Shown: positions 6,400 to 14,478, counted from the first letter of the stretch. The stretch: 20,000 bases of DNA from an uncultured virus (IMG/VR IMGVR_UViG_3300009152_000005) (IMGVR_UViG_3300009152_000005); one strand, 5' to 3'. Notes: generated by a model from the sequence alone, not told the origin. Program-made: numbers and translations.

Positions 6400-8310
6400 T
6401 CAAAAATCTTCGCTGTCGGCTCCGCCTTCGTCATTCAGGCCGGAAAAACGGTCGGTGATACCGACGATTGCGCCACCTTCGCGGTACGCTGCAAACCGTT
6501 GGCCGCGATTGACTTCGACGAAGGTCGAGACCTCGTCTTGGGTGACGGCCGGAATCTCGCCGCTCGCCATGCGGGCCGAGTGCAACATCAGCGTGGTGGC
6601 GTCCGCTTCGTCGGGCGACGGGTTGTTTCGGTCTGTGAAATCCTTCTTCGACTCGACGGCGTCGACTTTTCCGAGCGAAATCTGCCGGCCGACCAACTGA
6701 GGTCCTAGCTTATCTAAGGAAACTTCGGGTAGGATGAAGAAGCGCCCATAGTCCATCCACTTCCGCAGGGCGACCCACAGTTCGGACACCATCCGGTTGA
6801 CCGATTCGTGCGCCGTGGTCTTGTCCTCGGCGACGATTTTCTTGTCCGACGCGGCTTGGTAATAGTTCACGCCGCGAACGGCAGATGACCAGAGCGTCTT
6901 GACGATGTCATGCACGCCGGCGCCGTTTCCCGTGCGGTCCATCGTGACCCAATCAGGGTCGACGTTGAGCAGTCGGCAGACGCGGACCACCTCTTGGGCC
7001 ATCACCCAAGTGTCGCCCTTGGGGAGCGGCATGAGGGCGCAGAGCTGGACGAGGTACTTTTCTCCCGGCCGTCCCTGCGGCCCCTGAAAAACGACGGTCT
7101 CGCCTTGGGGAAACTGGATGGTCGGCTGCCGCGTGACGCCGGTGGCGACGCCAGCTTTGCCCCACGCCAGCTTGGCGGTGTCGCCACCTTCAAGGGCGAT
7201 GTCGATTCCGACCACGATGCGCGGGGTCTCCCGCCACGTCACGGTCGCGACGCTCCGGTCGAGCATCAACTGCGGGATGACGGACACCGCGTTGCCCGAC
7301 ATCGGGAAGCAGGCGCGGCAGAACGTGAAGTAGCCGGCCGACTCGGTGCCGCCGGACCCGCGGATGATGGCTTGGTATCCCTCGTATGTCTGGAGACCAT
7401 GAAAAATGGTCTCGCGCTGCATCACGTTCTCGCACTTGGCCGCATCAAGGCGCACGACCTTCCAACCGCGCTTGGACTTCCACTCCTCGTCCGTCTCCAT
7501 GTTGAACGAGCCCCAGCCGTTGAGGGGCTCGGCCCTCACGCCGGCGGGGCCGCCGATGTTGGTCGGGTTGTACGCCGCGCCGATGAACAACGTGCCGGCG
7601 TCCTCCGTGCCGTTGTAGTTGGCCATCACGTTCTCGATGTCCTTGATGACGCCGGGCGGCACGTTCTCGAACTCGTCGATGAAAATCTTGAGGCGGCTCA
7701 TGCGCCCGAAGACTGGGTGGACCGCGCCGTTGCGGGGGAAACGCTTGGAACCTTGAAGCCGGCCGGACTTTTTCCCGATGGGGATGACGATGCCGGAGAT
7801 GGCGGACCGACGCTGACGGGGGTCGAGCCCGATGAAAAGTTTGCCGACGTGCCCCGGCAACGGAATTGCCGAGTCTTGGTGCATCTTGATGATGTGGGAG
7901 AACAGGTTGTCCTCCAGATGCTGCTCGGACGGGCCGACGAGCTTGATGGTCGTGTACTCAGGGTCCCGCAGCCAGTCGAGCAGCAGGTATGCGCCGCCCC
8001 CGTAGGACTTGGACATCGACGCGGCTCCTTGGAGCAGGACGAAAGGCTCTGCGCGGAAGTTCCGCCAGACCATTTGGGTGCAGCGGGGTTGACAGGAAAA
8101 GACTGCGCTGCCCCACAGAAGCTCGGCCGCCTCCTCGTACTTATCAGCTTCAAGAAAATACCTTAGCACTTGCCTGAGATAGACTACGGCGTCTGCGTCA
8201 GTTCGCGGAACGGCCACCTTGGCGCTTGCTGCGAACAAGCGGGCCGCGGATAGCCTGTCCCCCTCACGGAGGTGGGCGCACATGGCCGCGAAGAGGCCGG
8301 CGTTAATCAT
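6400..8310 (-). CDS. terL: Terminase large subunit
   Basis: Start MINAGLF at 8310 (ATGA overlap). Walker A-like LQGAASMSKSY, Walker B IFIDEFE, coupling motif AYNPT, RNase H-like nuclease motifs VGIDIALEGGD, MDRTGNGAGVHD and SPDEADA. Confidence 0.88.
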   Translation of the reverse strand: MINAGLFAAMCAHLREGDRLSAARLFAASAKVAVPRTDADAVVYLRQVLRYFLEADKYEEAAELLWGSAVFSCQPRCTQMVWRNFRAEPFVLLQGAASMSKSYGGGAYLLLDWLRDPEYTTIKLVGPSEQHLEDNLFSHIIKMHQDSAIPLPGHVGKLFIGLDPRQRRSAISGIVIPIGKKSGRLQGSKRFPRNGAVHPVFGRMSRLKIFIDEFENVPPGVIKDIENVMANYNGTEDAGTLFIGAAYNPTNIGGPAGVRAEPLNGWGSFNMETDEEWKSKRGWKVVRLDAAKCENVMQRETIFHGLQTYEGYQAIIRGSGGTESAGYFTFCRACFPMSGNAVSVIPQLMLDRSVATVTWRETPRIVVGIDIALEGGDTAKLAWGKAGVATGVTRQPTIQFPQGETVVFQGPQGRPGEKYLVQLCALMPLPKGDTWVMAQEVVRVCRLLNVDPDWVTMDRTGNGAGVHDIVKTLWSSAVRGVNYYQAASDKKIVAEDKTTAHESVNRMVSELWVALRKWMDYGRFFILPEVSLDKLGPQLVGRQISLGKVDAVESKKDFTDRNNPSPDEADATTLMLHSARMASGEIPAVTQDEVSTFVEVNRGQRFAAYREGGAIVGITDRFSGLNDEGGADSEDF

Positions 8311-8912
8311 GTGATGCTTTTCATCACGGTCACCTTGTCCAGCCCGATGACACGGGTGCGTTCCGACGCACAGTGGACGAGCGGGAGGCCGTTGACTCGG
8401 GGGTCGCCGAACTCGGAACAAGCCGGGTCGACCGGGAAGGACGAGAAGCGGGCGCACAGGTGCATGTCCGAGTAGTGCGGCTGCCCCAGCACGATGAAGG
8501 GTTCACCCGGCTTGCGCCACCATTCAAAGGTCGTCTCAAGTCCTGCCGGGGTGGCGTAGAAGGCGCACGGGACTTTGTCGAGGTGTAGATGAATGGCTGG
8601 CGCATTCGCGAGGAGGTGGTCGGGCCGGTAGCCGCGGTTGACGACGTCGTAGTCTGTCAGGAGCCCGCCACCCCGTTCGTGGAGCGCCAGCCAACGAAGG
8701 TAGCAGGCGTTCTCGTAGGCGTGGCCGTTGACGGTAGGGAGACTGTTTACACATTCAAACAGTTCGGGGAAAAGCGGCGACCTGTGGGCGTCACGCTCGG
8801 TCAGTACCACTGGGGACCACCCATGCCGGTGCCACGAGTCGGCCCAGACCTCGATTTCTGCCGGCCATTCCCGCGCTTCGTCGGCGTGGTGGTAAGTGTA
8901 GACGGTATTCAC
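8307..8912 (-). CDS. DxD sugar-binding glycosyltransferase (GT32/Och1-like pattern)
   Basis: GTG start (VNTVYTYHH). WADSWHRHGW and YLRWLALHERGGGLLTDYDV match the R-x3-L-x3-GG-x-x-x-DxD signature. Confidence 0.75.
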   Translation of the reverse strand: MNTVYTYHHADEAREWPAEIEVWADSWHRHGWSPVVLTERDAHRSPLFPELFECVNSLPTVNGHAYENACYLRWLALHERGGGLLTDYDVVNRGYRPDHLLANAPAIHLHLDKVPCAFYATPAGLETTFEWWRKPGEPFIVLGQPHYSDMHLCARFSSFPVDPACSEFGDPRVNGLPLVHCASERTRVIGLDKVTVMKSIT

Positions 8913-8989
8913 GCGATGGCAGGAGCCTACCCGGCGCGTTTGTACGCGGCAAGCGGCCCCACGCACCATTTTTTCATGGCGCGCGGCAG

Positions 8990-9300
8990 GGTCTGAGCCA
9001 ACCCACCCCGTCAGTTGGTCCCCCGTCGACTTTAACGGTAACGACCGAGGGCTGTGTGCCTCAGGGCCGTGTCGGAGTCGTCAAGAGTAGTGGGCGTGGC
9101 ACACTGGTCCGAGGCGACTGGCTCTTTTTGCGCATTTGAGGGTTGGGAGACCCTCGAAAGCGACGCACTATAATGATTATATTCAATCATAGACGTGAAT
9201 CAAATAACTTCCCTTACGATTTGTAGGCAGCTACCCTAGTTGGCTCAGTGGCTGCCTAAGCACTACTACGGTAAGGTAGTTTTCTAGTTTGAGTACGTCC
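8990..9300 (+). ncRNA. Candidate large structured ncRNA
   Basis: ORF-poor interval with many nested stems, a GGGA (GNRA) tetraloop hairpin and two long-range complementarities. G-U pairs mostly favour the + strand. Confidence 0.45.
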
Positions 9301-9409
9301 TTGAGTCACTTGTGGCGTGTTGAGGCCCGCACTTCCGCTCAACCCGCCGTTGGAGGCGTGTTGAATTCATGCCACGGCCTCCGCGGTTGCGCTTCGAGGA
9401 CCTCCACGC

Positions 9410-9784
9410 TCAACTCCCCGCCAGCTTTGGCAACACTGCATTGCGGTATCCCATGCGGCGCAGCCTCTCCGGAGACACCTTGGTGCTGTCGCGGTTGGAG
9501 GTCCGGGGAATGGCGAGCCGAAGAAACGTCGGCTGGTCGAGAGACGACACAAACCCAATCTCCCGCAGAGCGGCCTCTATCCGACTGAGGTGGTGGCACT
9601 TGGCCCAAGGGCGCTCCGACCGAAAAGCCACGCCCGTCGTCATCAGGCAAGCCCCCGAACGCTCCGATACCCGACTGATGTAGCCTTCTCCGAAGTACGC
9701 CTTGGCGAAGTCCCGAAGCTCCTGCTGTCGAAAACGGAGGAGGGCCTCAAGCGTCGCCGGCTTTGGGAGGGATGACAGGGACAT
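9410..9784 (-). CDS. Hypothetical protein
   Basis: 124 aa, natural-looking composition, co-oriented with the operon; overlaps the upstream gene end by 38 nt. Confidence 0.5.
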   Translation of the reverse strand: MSLSSLPKPATLEALLRFRQQELRDFAKAYFGEGYISRVSERSGACLMTTGVAFRSERPWAKCHHLSRIEAALREIGFVSSLDQPTFLRLAIPRTSNRDSTKVSPERLRRMGYRNAVLPKLAGS

Positions 9785-10298
9785 GTGCCTTATCCGTCAG
9801 GGCGAAGGTTTGCTTCACAGCGGCTGCCAGAGCGTCGACATCGGCCGGGGGTGCGTCTTTGGTGCCTCCAGAGTCTCCAAGCGCCCTGTAGGTCATGTCC
9901 TGCGCGGTGGCGAGGGCCTTGGCGAGGTCGACCAACGGTTTGACCGTCCGCTTCATGCCGGTCTTGGTCGGTTCGGACGTGAACTCCTCCAAAGCGCCGT
10001 CCACGCTCTCGATTTCGTCCATCACCCGGGAAAGGATGGCGGACAGCCGGCGAGCGTGGACGAGGTTGACGCCGCGGTTGGTCGTGACGACGTCCCGGTC
10101 TTCCTTGCCAAGGCCGCCTTCCTCAGCGAGGCGCCGAGCCCACTGGCCGACGTTGGCCAGCTCCAGCACCTCGACCAGCGTGATGCCGTGATGCGCTGCA
10201 ACCCGTGCGGGGTTACCGAACGCCTGACGGTACGACTCCCAGATGCTGACTGGGTCGTTCCGCACTAGGTGCGCTGTCTTTTCGACTGGAAGCTCCAT
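9747..10298 (-). CDS. Putative terminase small subunit
   Basis: 183 aa. HTH-like N-terminus (GNPARVAAHHGITLVEVLELA..GQW), helical middle, RALG then flexible tail. First large gene of the packaging arm. Confidence 0.5.
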   Translation of the reverse strand: MELPVEKTAHLVRNDPVSIWESYRQAFGNPARVAAHHGITLVEVLELANVGQWARRLAEEGGLGKEDRDVVTTNRGVNLVHARRLSAILSRVMDEIESVDGALEEFTSEPTKTGMKRTVKPLVDLAKALATAQDMTYRALGDSGGTKDAPPADVDALAAAVKQTFALTDKAHVPVIPPKAGDA

Positions 10299-10479
10299 TG
10301 GCTGACCACCACTTTGCCCGCTCTTTGTCCCGGCGCAAGCGGTCGCTCTCCTTCAACAGCTTCTTTGCCTCGGCCGGAGCACCTGAAAAAAGGTCGTTCA
10401 CCCCATTAACGTCAGGGCAGGAAAAGGGGTGGCCCCGCCACAATCGCCTTTTCAAGACTTGCCTAGAGACCATAAACGG

Positions 10480-10600
10480 TCTATCATTTCTATTACTATA
10501 TAGAATTATACTAGTAATATATATTTTTTGATGTATATATAGAATAATAATAGGCATCTATAGTAATGATAAATCATACAGTTTATGGTCCTACAGGACT
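10480..10600. other. AT-rich island at the strand switch (candidate origin / pac / genome-end region)
   Basis: Almost pure A/T in a GC-rich genome. Direct repeat TATATAGAAT (10497, 10536); inverted repeats TATTACTA/TAGTAATA and ATTACTATA/TATAGTAAT. Confidence 0.6.
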
Positions 10601-10844
10601 TTTGGAAACAGGACAAAACCCATTTGCAACGACTTACGCAAGCTGCGAAGCCGTATATAGCGCCTATATCACCAGCAACCGTCTATCAGCACGACTATGA
10701 CAATAACGACATACGTGGGATAATTGCCAGTTTGGCCCTCTATAGCCATCACACCCGTTTTATTGTCATGGACAAATCAAATCCTGTTTACGCCTCTCCG
10801 GGGTGGTCAAAAAGAACCATCACGCCGTGACGGCAGTCCGCCCT

Positions 10845-10860
10845 CTAAATCAAATTATTT
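10845..10860 (+). repeat. 16 bp motif CTAAATCAAATTATTT, copy 1
   Basis: Exact reverse complement at 12838-12853; both copies sit just upstream of -35 boxes. Confidence 0.8.
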
Positions 10861-10865
10861 CCCTC

Positions 10866-10894
10866 TTGACGCCGTTCCGCCACTCTGGCATACC
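10866..10894 (+). promoter_or_regulatory. Sigma70-like promoter, near-leaderless
   Basis: TTGACG-17-CATACC, 7 nt before ATG 10902. Confidence 0.5.
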
Positions 10895-10901
10895 TCTCCC
10901 C

Positions 10902-11159
10902 ATGAAACATCGCAAGACCCTCCACATCGAAATCATCCGCACCCGCGCCAACGCTTTCTTGGCCAACAGCACCAACGACCAGACCGAGCAACGCAAGGCG
11001 TACCACGACCTCGCAGCGGGCCTCCTGTCGGAAGCCAACGCCTACTGCGGTTTCCGGTACCTCACCGAGGCAGACGTCAAGTCGGGGCAGACCTTCGGCA
11101 TCACTCACGGAAATCCGGCCCCCACTTTCCACGACGAGACCCGGACACAACTCCTGTGA
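10902..11159 (+). CDS. Hypothetical early protein (85 aa)
   Basis: MKHRKTLHIE...ANAYCGFRYL; C-ending codon bias like neighbouring genes. Confidence 0.75.
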   Translation: MKHRKTLHIEIIRTRANAFLANSTNDQTEQRKAYHDLAAGLLSEANAYCGFRYLTEADVKSGQTFGITHGNPAPTFHDETRTQLL

Positions 11160-11168
11160 TTTTTGTTG

Positions 11169-11197
11169 TTGACGTGTAAACGCCGCTGCCCCATTCT
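11169..11197 (+). promoter_or_regulatory. Sigma70-like promoter, near-leaderless
   Basis: TTGACG-17-CATTCT, 6 nt before ATG 11204. Confidence 0.6.
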
Positions 11198-11203
11198 CCA
11201 CCC

Positions 11204-11521
11204 ATGAAAACGAACGAGACCCGCACCGCCTCCCGCATCTACTACACCACCAAGCGCCAGAGCTTGTGGATTGCCGAGTTCCAGCCACTCAGCCCGAAGA
11301 CCGGCCAGCCGTGGCAGGCCAGCCGCTACATCAAGGGCCACAACGCCTACCAGCTCGCGTTCTGGTCCGAGGACGAACCGCGCATCACGGAGGTCCTCTT
11401 CGGCGCGGTCCCGGCCTTTGAGGTCTGGTCCCTCAAGTACAACACCGTCATCACCGGTTTTTCGACCGAGGCCCTCGCATTGTCCGCCATCGCCGCCGAG
11501 AAAGCTCGCTCCGGCAAGTGA
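11204..11521 (+). CDS. Hypothetical early protein (105 aa)
   Basis: Codon bias and tight packing; SPKTGQPWQA motif. Confidence 0.75.
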   Translation: MKTNETRTASRIYYTTKRQSLWIAEFQPLSPKTGQPWQASRYIKGHNAYQLAFWSEDEPRITEVLFGAVPAFEVWSLKYNTVITGFSTEALALSAIAAEKARSGK

Positions 11522-11533
11522 CCCCTTTTCCCC

Positions 11534-11731
11534 ATGAACATCATCTCCATTTCCCGCAATCCGTTTGCACGCTCGAACACCGTCCGGCAGAAAGCCTCAG
11601 GGACCTGCGCTTGGTGCGGCCAGCCGGCGAAGTTCCGGTACGGCACCCACGCCGATGGCATCACAACCCGGGCCTGCTGGCAGAAGCAAGTATTCTGCGG
11701 CCGGTGCTGCGAACGCACCTTCAACTCCTGA
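11534..11731 (+). CDS. Small zinc-finger-like protein (65 aa)
   Basis: CAWCG...FCGRCC pattern (treble-clef-like). Confidence 0.7.
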   Translation: MNIISISRNPFARSNTVRQKASGTCAWCGQPAKFRYGTHADGITTRACWQKQVFCGRCCERTFNS

Positions 11732-11738
11732 CCACACC

Positions 11739-12065
11739 ATGAAGCTCCTCGACAAGCTCCGCACCGACCTTGCCCTCATCGGCGCCACGCTGGATGACTC
11801 AGCGGATGGCTCCATCAACCTCGATGCGCCCTCCGGCTACGTCTGGCGGGCCAACGGATGCACGGCGTACCACATTCAGTTCGCCAACAGCCAAGGGCAG
11901 AGGTGGCTTGCCGAAGCTCTCCGTGTCGAGGCGCCGGCGCTCCGTCTTGGCCTCGACAAGGTGGCCGACCCGGAATCCTTGGCGGACCACCGGCACGAGC
12001 TTGGCGACGACGGCTGGGGTGCCGCGCCGGACGCACCAAACCACATCGACTGGCCGGCGAATTGA
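11739..12065 (+). CDS. Hypothetical early protein (108 aa)
   Basis: Start trimmed to MKLLDKLR, 7 nt after the previous stop, CACACC-ATG context. Confidence 0.7.
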   Translation: MKLLDKLRTDLALIGATLDDSADGSINLDAPSGYVWRANGCTAYHIQFANSQGQRWLAEALRVEAPALRLGLDKVADPESLADHRHELGDDGWGAAPDAPNHIDWPAN

Positions 12066-12072
12066 TTTTCCC

Positions 12073-12243
12073 ATGAGACCATCCCCTATCCTCCTGCACG
12101 TTTTTCGCTACTGGCGCCAGACATCCGAGCGTTTTGTCGACACCCATGGTCGGGACTACGCGGACAACCTCGCCTACCGGATTGCCCGGCAGGCCCGTTT
12201 CCCAAGCTGCGCCTTCCCGAAGACCAAGCCGCGCCTGCCCTGA
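12073..12243 (+). CDS. Hypothetical early protein (56 aa)
   Basis: MRPSPILLHVF...; fills the gap between neighbours exactly. Confidence 0.55.
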   Translation: MRPSPILLHVFRYWRQTSERFVDTHGRDYADNLAYRIARQARFPSCAFPKTKPRLP

Positions 12244-12252
12244 ACCCACACC

Positions 12253-12501
12253 ATGAAAAACCTCATCACCCTCCAGAACATCGCCGTCGAGGCGATACTC
12301 GCCGCGCCCCAGAATGGCCCTCGCGCTGCGTCCTACCAGTTGTCCCTACTCAACCGACGTCCGAAGGTTGTCGGACGCGCCATGAGGCAATTTAAGCTCG
12401 CCTGCTGCGGACTCGGCTTTTCCCCGGAGCAGGCCGAACGGGCGTGGCAGGACGTCCGCGCCATGGCCTTGCTGGAAGACGGAGCCGAAGCCACCGCGTG
12501 A
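12253..12501 (+). CDS. Hypothetical early protein (82 aa)
   Basis: Operon packing, CACACC-ATG context. Confidence 0.7.
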   Translation: MKNLITLQNIAVEAILAAPQNGPRAASYQLSLLNRRPKVVGRAMRQFKLACCGLGFSPEQAERAWQDVRAMALLEDGAEATA

Positions 12502-12525
12502 ACTGAAACCCGAACCGGACACACC

Positions 12526-12843
12526 ATGCTACGCAAACTCAACTACCAAGCGGCCGACCGTGCTTTTCGCGGCCTGACCGAGGTCATCCCCACACTCCGG
12601 CAGAAACTCCTCCCGGACACCCTCCAAGGAGGTGCCGAGAACGCCCGGGAGCGGTTCGACGAGGCCACGGAGCGGTGGCAGGCGTCCGAGGCTGGCCAAG
12701 ACGAGGGAGAACGCCTCGGGCACTTTGAGGACGCCGCCTTCGAGGTGGACGAGGCGCTCAAGAGCCTGACCAAGGCCCTTGCCTCTCTCACCAAGCTCCA
12801 AGAGTGTGCCCCCGAAGGTGCTTTTGAAGCCCTGCCAAAATAA
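12526..12843 (+). CDS. Hypothetical helical acidic protein (105 aa)
   Basis: Operon packing; ERFDEATERWQASEAG helical segment. Confidence 0.7.
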   Translation: MLRKLNYQAADRAFRGLTEVIPTLRQKLLPDTLQGGAENARERFDEATERWQASEAGQDEGERLGHFEDAAFEVDEALKSLTKALASLTKLQECAPEGAFEALPK

Positions 12844-12853
12844 TTTGATTTAG
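12838..12853 (-). repeat. 16 bp motif, copy 2 (inverted)
   Basis: AAATAATTTGATTTAG is the reverse complement of 10845-10860. Confidence 0.8.
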
Positions 12854-12856
12854 GTC

Positions 12857-12885
12857 TCGACGGCAGTCCGGCAACCCGCCAATCT
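12857..12885 (+). promoter_or_regulatory. Sigma70-like promoter, near-leaderless
   Basis: TCGACG-17-CAATCT, 7 nt before ATG 12893. Confidence 0.4.
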
Positions 12886-12892
12886 CTCCCAC

Positions 12893-14092
12893 ATGGAAAC
12901 CAAGTCCTTCGTCATCGCCACCGACCGCCTCTCCGCTCTGGAGAACAAAGTCGCAGTCCTCAACCGCCGCGCCAACAAGCTCGGCCTCACCCCGGTCAAC
13001 TTCATCAAGTCGGCCCCGCGCCTCGTGGAGCTGTCCATCAAGCGCGGCCTCCGCAAGCCTGAGCTGGTCTGGGTCGAGGTCGTCGACGTGACGCTGTCCC
13101 TCGAAGTGCCCAAGCTCGCCGGCTGGCGTTTCGTCTGCACCATCCAACACACCCCCGAGGGCAACATCCTCCGGACGGTGCCCGGCGTTGAGGTCGACCT
13201 CACCGAGTACCGCCAAGGCCCGGCCCGGTGCGACCACTGCAACCTGTACCGGGACCGCAATGACAGTTACGTCGTCTGCAACGAGTCCGGAGGACTAAAG
13301 CAGGTTGGCAAGTCCTGCCTCGCGGCCTTCACCGGTGCCGGCACGACGCCTGAAGCCCTCGCCCAGACGGCAGAATGGCTCACCACGGCTGCCGAGCTGT
13401 TCGACACGCCCGATGAGTCGAACCTCGATGCGGACGATGACCGCGCACCCAAGGAGTCTGGCTGCGCAATCGACACTTTTTTGGCCTACGTCGAGGTCGT
13501 CATCCGGAAGAAGGGGTTCGTCTCCCGCAAGCAGGCCCAAGAGAACTACGGCAGCTCGACTTCGGATATTGCCGAGAACGCCGTCCGCACGCCCAATCAA
13601 TGCGCCCCGTGGTTGACCGAGGACGCGCTCACCCCCGAGGTCTGCGCCTTCGCCAAAGCCGCCCGTGCGTTCGCCGCGGCCATCGTGCCGGCCTCCGACT
13701 TCGACCATAACCTGCGCACCATCGCACTGTCCGATGGCGTGCTGTACCGCAACCTCGGCCTCGCGGCGTACATCGTGCAGCACTACCGGAAGCACCTCAC
13801 CGTGCAGGCTGAGGCCAAAGTCGCGGCGGCCCCGTCCGAACACTTCGGCCAACTCGGCGAGCGGTTGCGCAAGTTGTCCCTGACGTACCTTGGCTCCGCT
13901 TCGTTCGACAGCCAGTACGGCACCACCTTCATCCACCGCTTCCAAGCGGAGGCCGGCATCGCCATCTGGAAGACCAGCAACGATGGTGGCTTCAACGTGG
14001 GAGATATCTTCACGGCCGATGCCACGGTGAAGGAGCACACCGTCTGGAACGACCGCAAGCAGACCGCCCTGACCCGGGTCAAGGTGCTGTGA
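12893..14092 (+). CDS. Phage protein with Zn-binding motif and C-terminal OB-fold-like domain
   Basis: CDHC..RDR..Y..QVGKSCL; C-terminal HFGQLGER...SQYG...WKTS...ATVKEH...KQTALTRVK resembles an OB-fold nucleic-acid-binding domain. Confidence 0.65.
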   Translation: METKSFVIATDRLSALENKVAVLNRRANKLGLTPVNFIKSAPRLVELSIKRGLRKPELVWVEVVDVTLSLEVPKLAGWRFVCTIQHTPEGNILRTVPGVEVDLTEYRQGPARCDHCNLYRDRNDSYVVCNESGGLKQVGKSCLAAFTGAGTTPEALAQTAEWLTTAAELFDTPDESNLDADDDRAPKESGCAIDTFLAYVEVVIRKKGFVSRKQAQENYGSSTSDIAENAVRTPNQCAPWLTEDALTPEVCAFAKAARAFAAAIVPASDFDHNLRTIALSDGVLYRNLGLAAYIVQHYRKHLTVQAEAKVAAAPSEHFGQLGERLRKLSLTYLGSASFDSQYGTTFIHRFQAEAGIAIWKTSNDGGFNVGDIFTADATVKEHTVWNDRKQTALTRVKVL

Positions 14093-14102
14093 TTTCCCCC
14101 GC

Positions 14103-14130
14103 TTGCGGCTACCGCATATACCCGTAGAAT
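14103..14130 (+). promoter_or_regulatory. Sigma70-like promoter, near-leaderless
   Basis: TTGCGG-16-TAGAAT, 7 nt before ATG 14138. Confidence 0.5.
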
Positions 14131-14137
14131 CAACACC

Positions 14138-14467
14138 ATGAAGACCATCAAAGTCCTCCTTTTCATGTGCGCTGGGCTGCCTCTTTTGGCGGCCACCGAC
14201 AGCGACATCGCCGACGCGATATACCGCCTTGAAGGCGGGCCGAAGGCACGAGCGCCTTACGGAATCTTGTCCCTGAAGGTGTCCAGCCCGGCGCAGGCCC
14301 GGCGGATTTGCATGAACACAATCCGCAACTCGCGCACCCGCTGGCTTGCCGCCGGGCGGCCCGGTGACGAGCTGGACTACTTGGCGGACCGGTACTGTCC
14401 ACCGAGCGCGGACAAGGTCGGGAACGCAAGGTGGAAGCGCAACATCCACAAACTAGTGAAGCCCTGA
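14138..14467 (+). CDS. Secreted minimal lysozyme-like protein
   Basis: Signal-peptide-like MKTIKVLLFMCAGLPLLA; helix ending in Glu (IADAIYRLEGG), PYGI, LADRYCP. Confidence 0.55.
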   Translation: MKTIKVLLFMCAGLPLLAATDSDIADAIYRLEGGPKARAPYGILSLKVSSPAQARRICMNTIRNSRTRWLAAGRPGDELDYLADRYCPPSADKVGNARWKRNIHKLVKP

Positions 14468-14478
14468 CCCCCTTTTCC

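Noticed and set aside
928..8166. Long plus-strand ORFs (928-1881, 2104-3720, 3880-4842, 6910-8166)
   Set aside because: Antisense shadows of scaffold, portal and terminase genes, caused by high GC3; no motifs.
9192..9299. Retron msd-like long hairpin
   Set aside because: No reverse transcriptase in the window and no clear a1/a2 repeats with a branching G.
10213..10557. 114 aa minus-strand ORF upstream of putative terS
   Set aside because: Starts within the AT-rich island and overlaps terS by 86 nt; a shorter internal gene is possible but unsupported.
10585..10830. 81 aa ORF beside the AT-rich island
   Set aside because: Codon usage unlike real genes here; the region looks regulatory.
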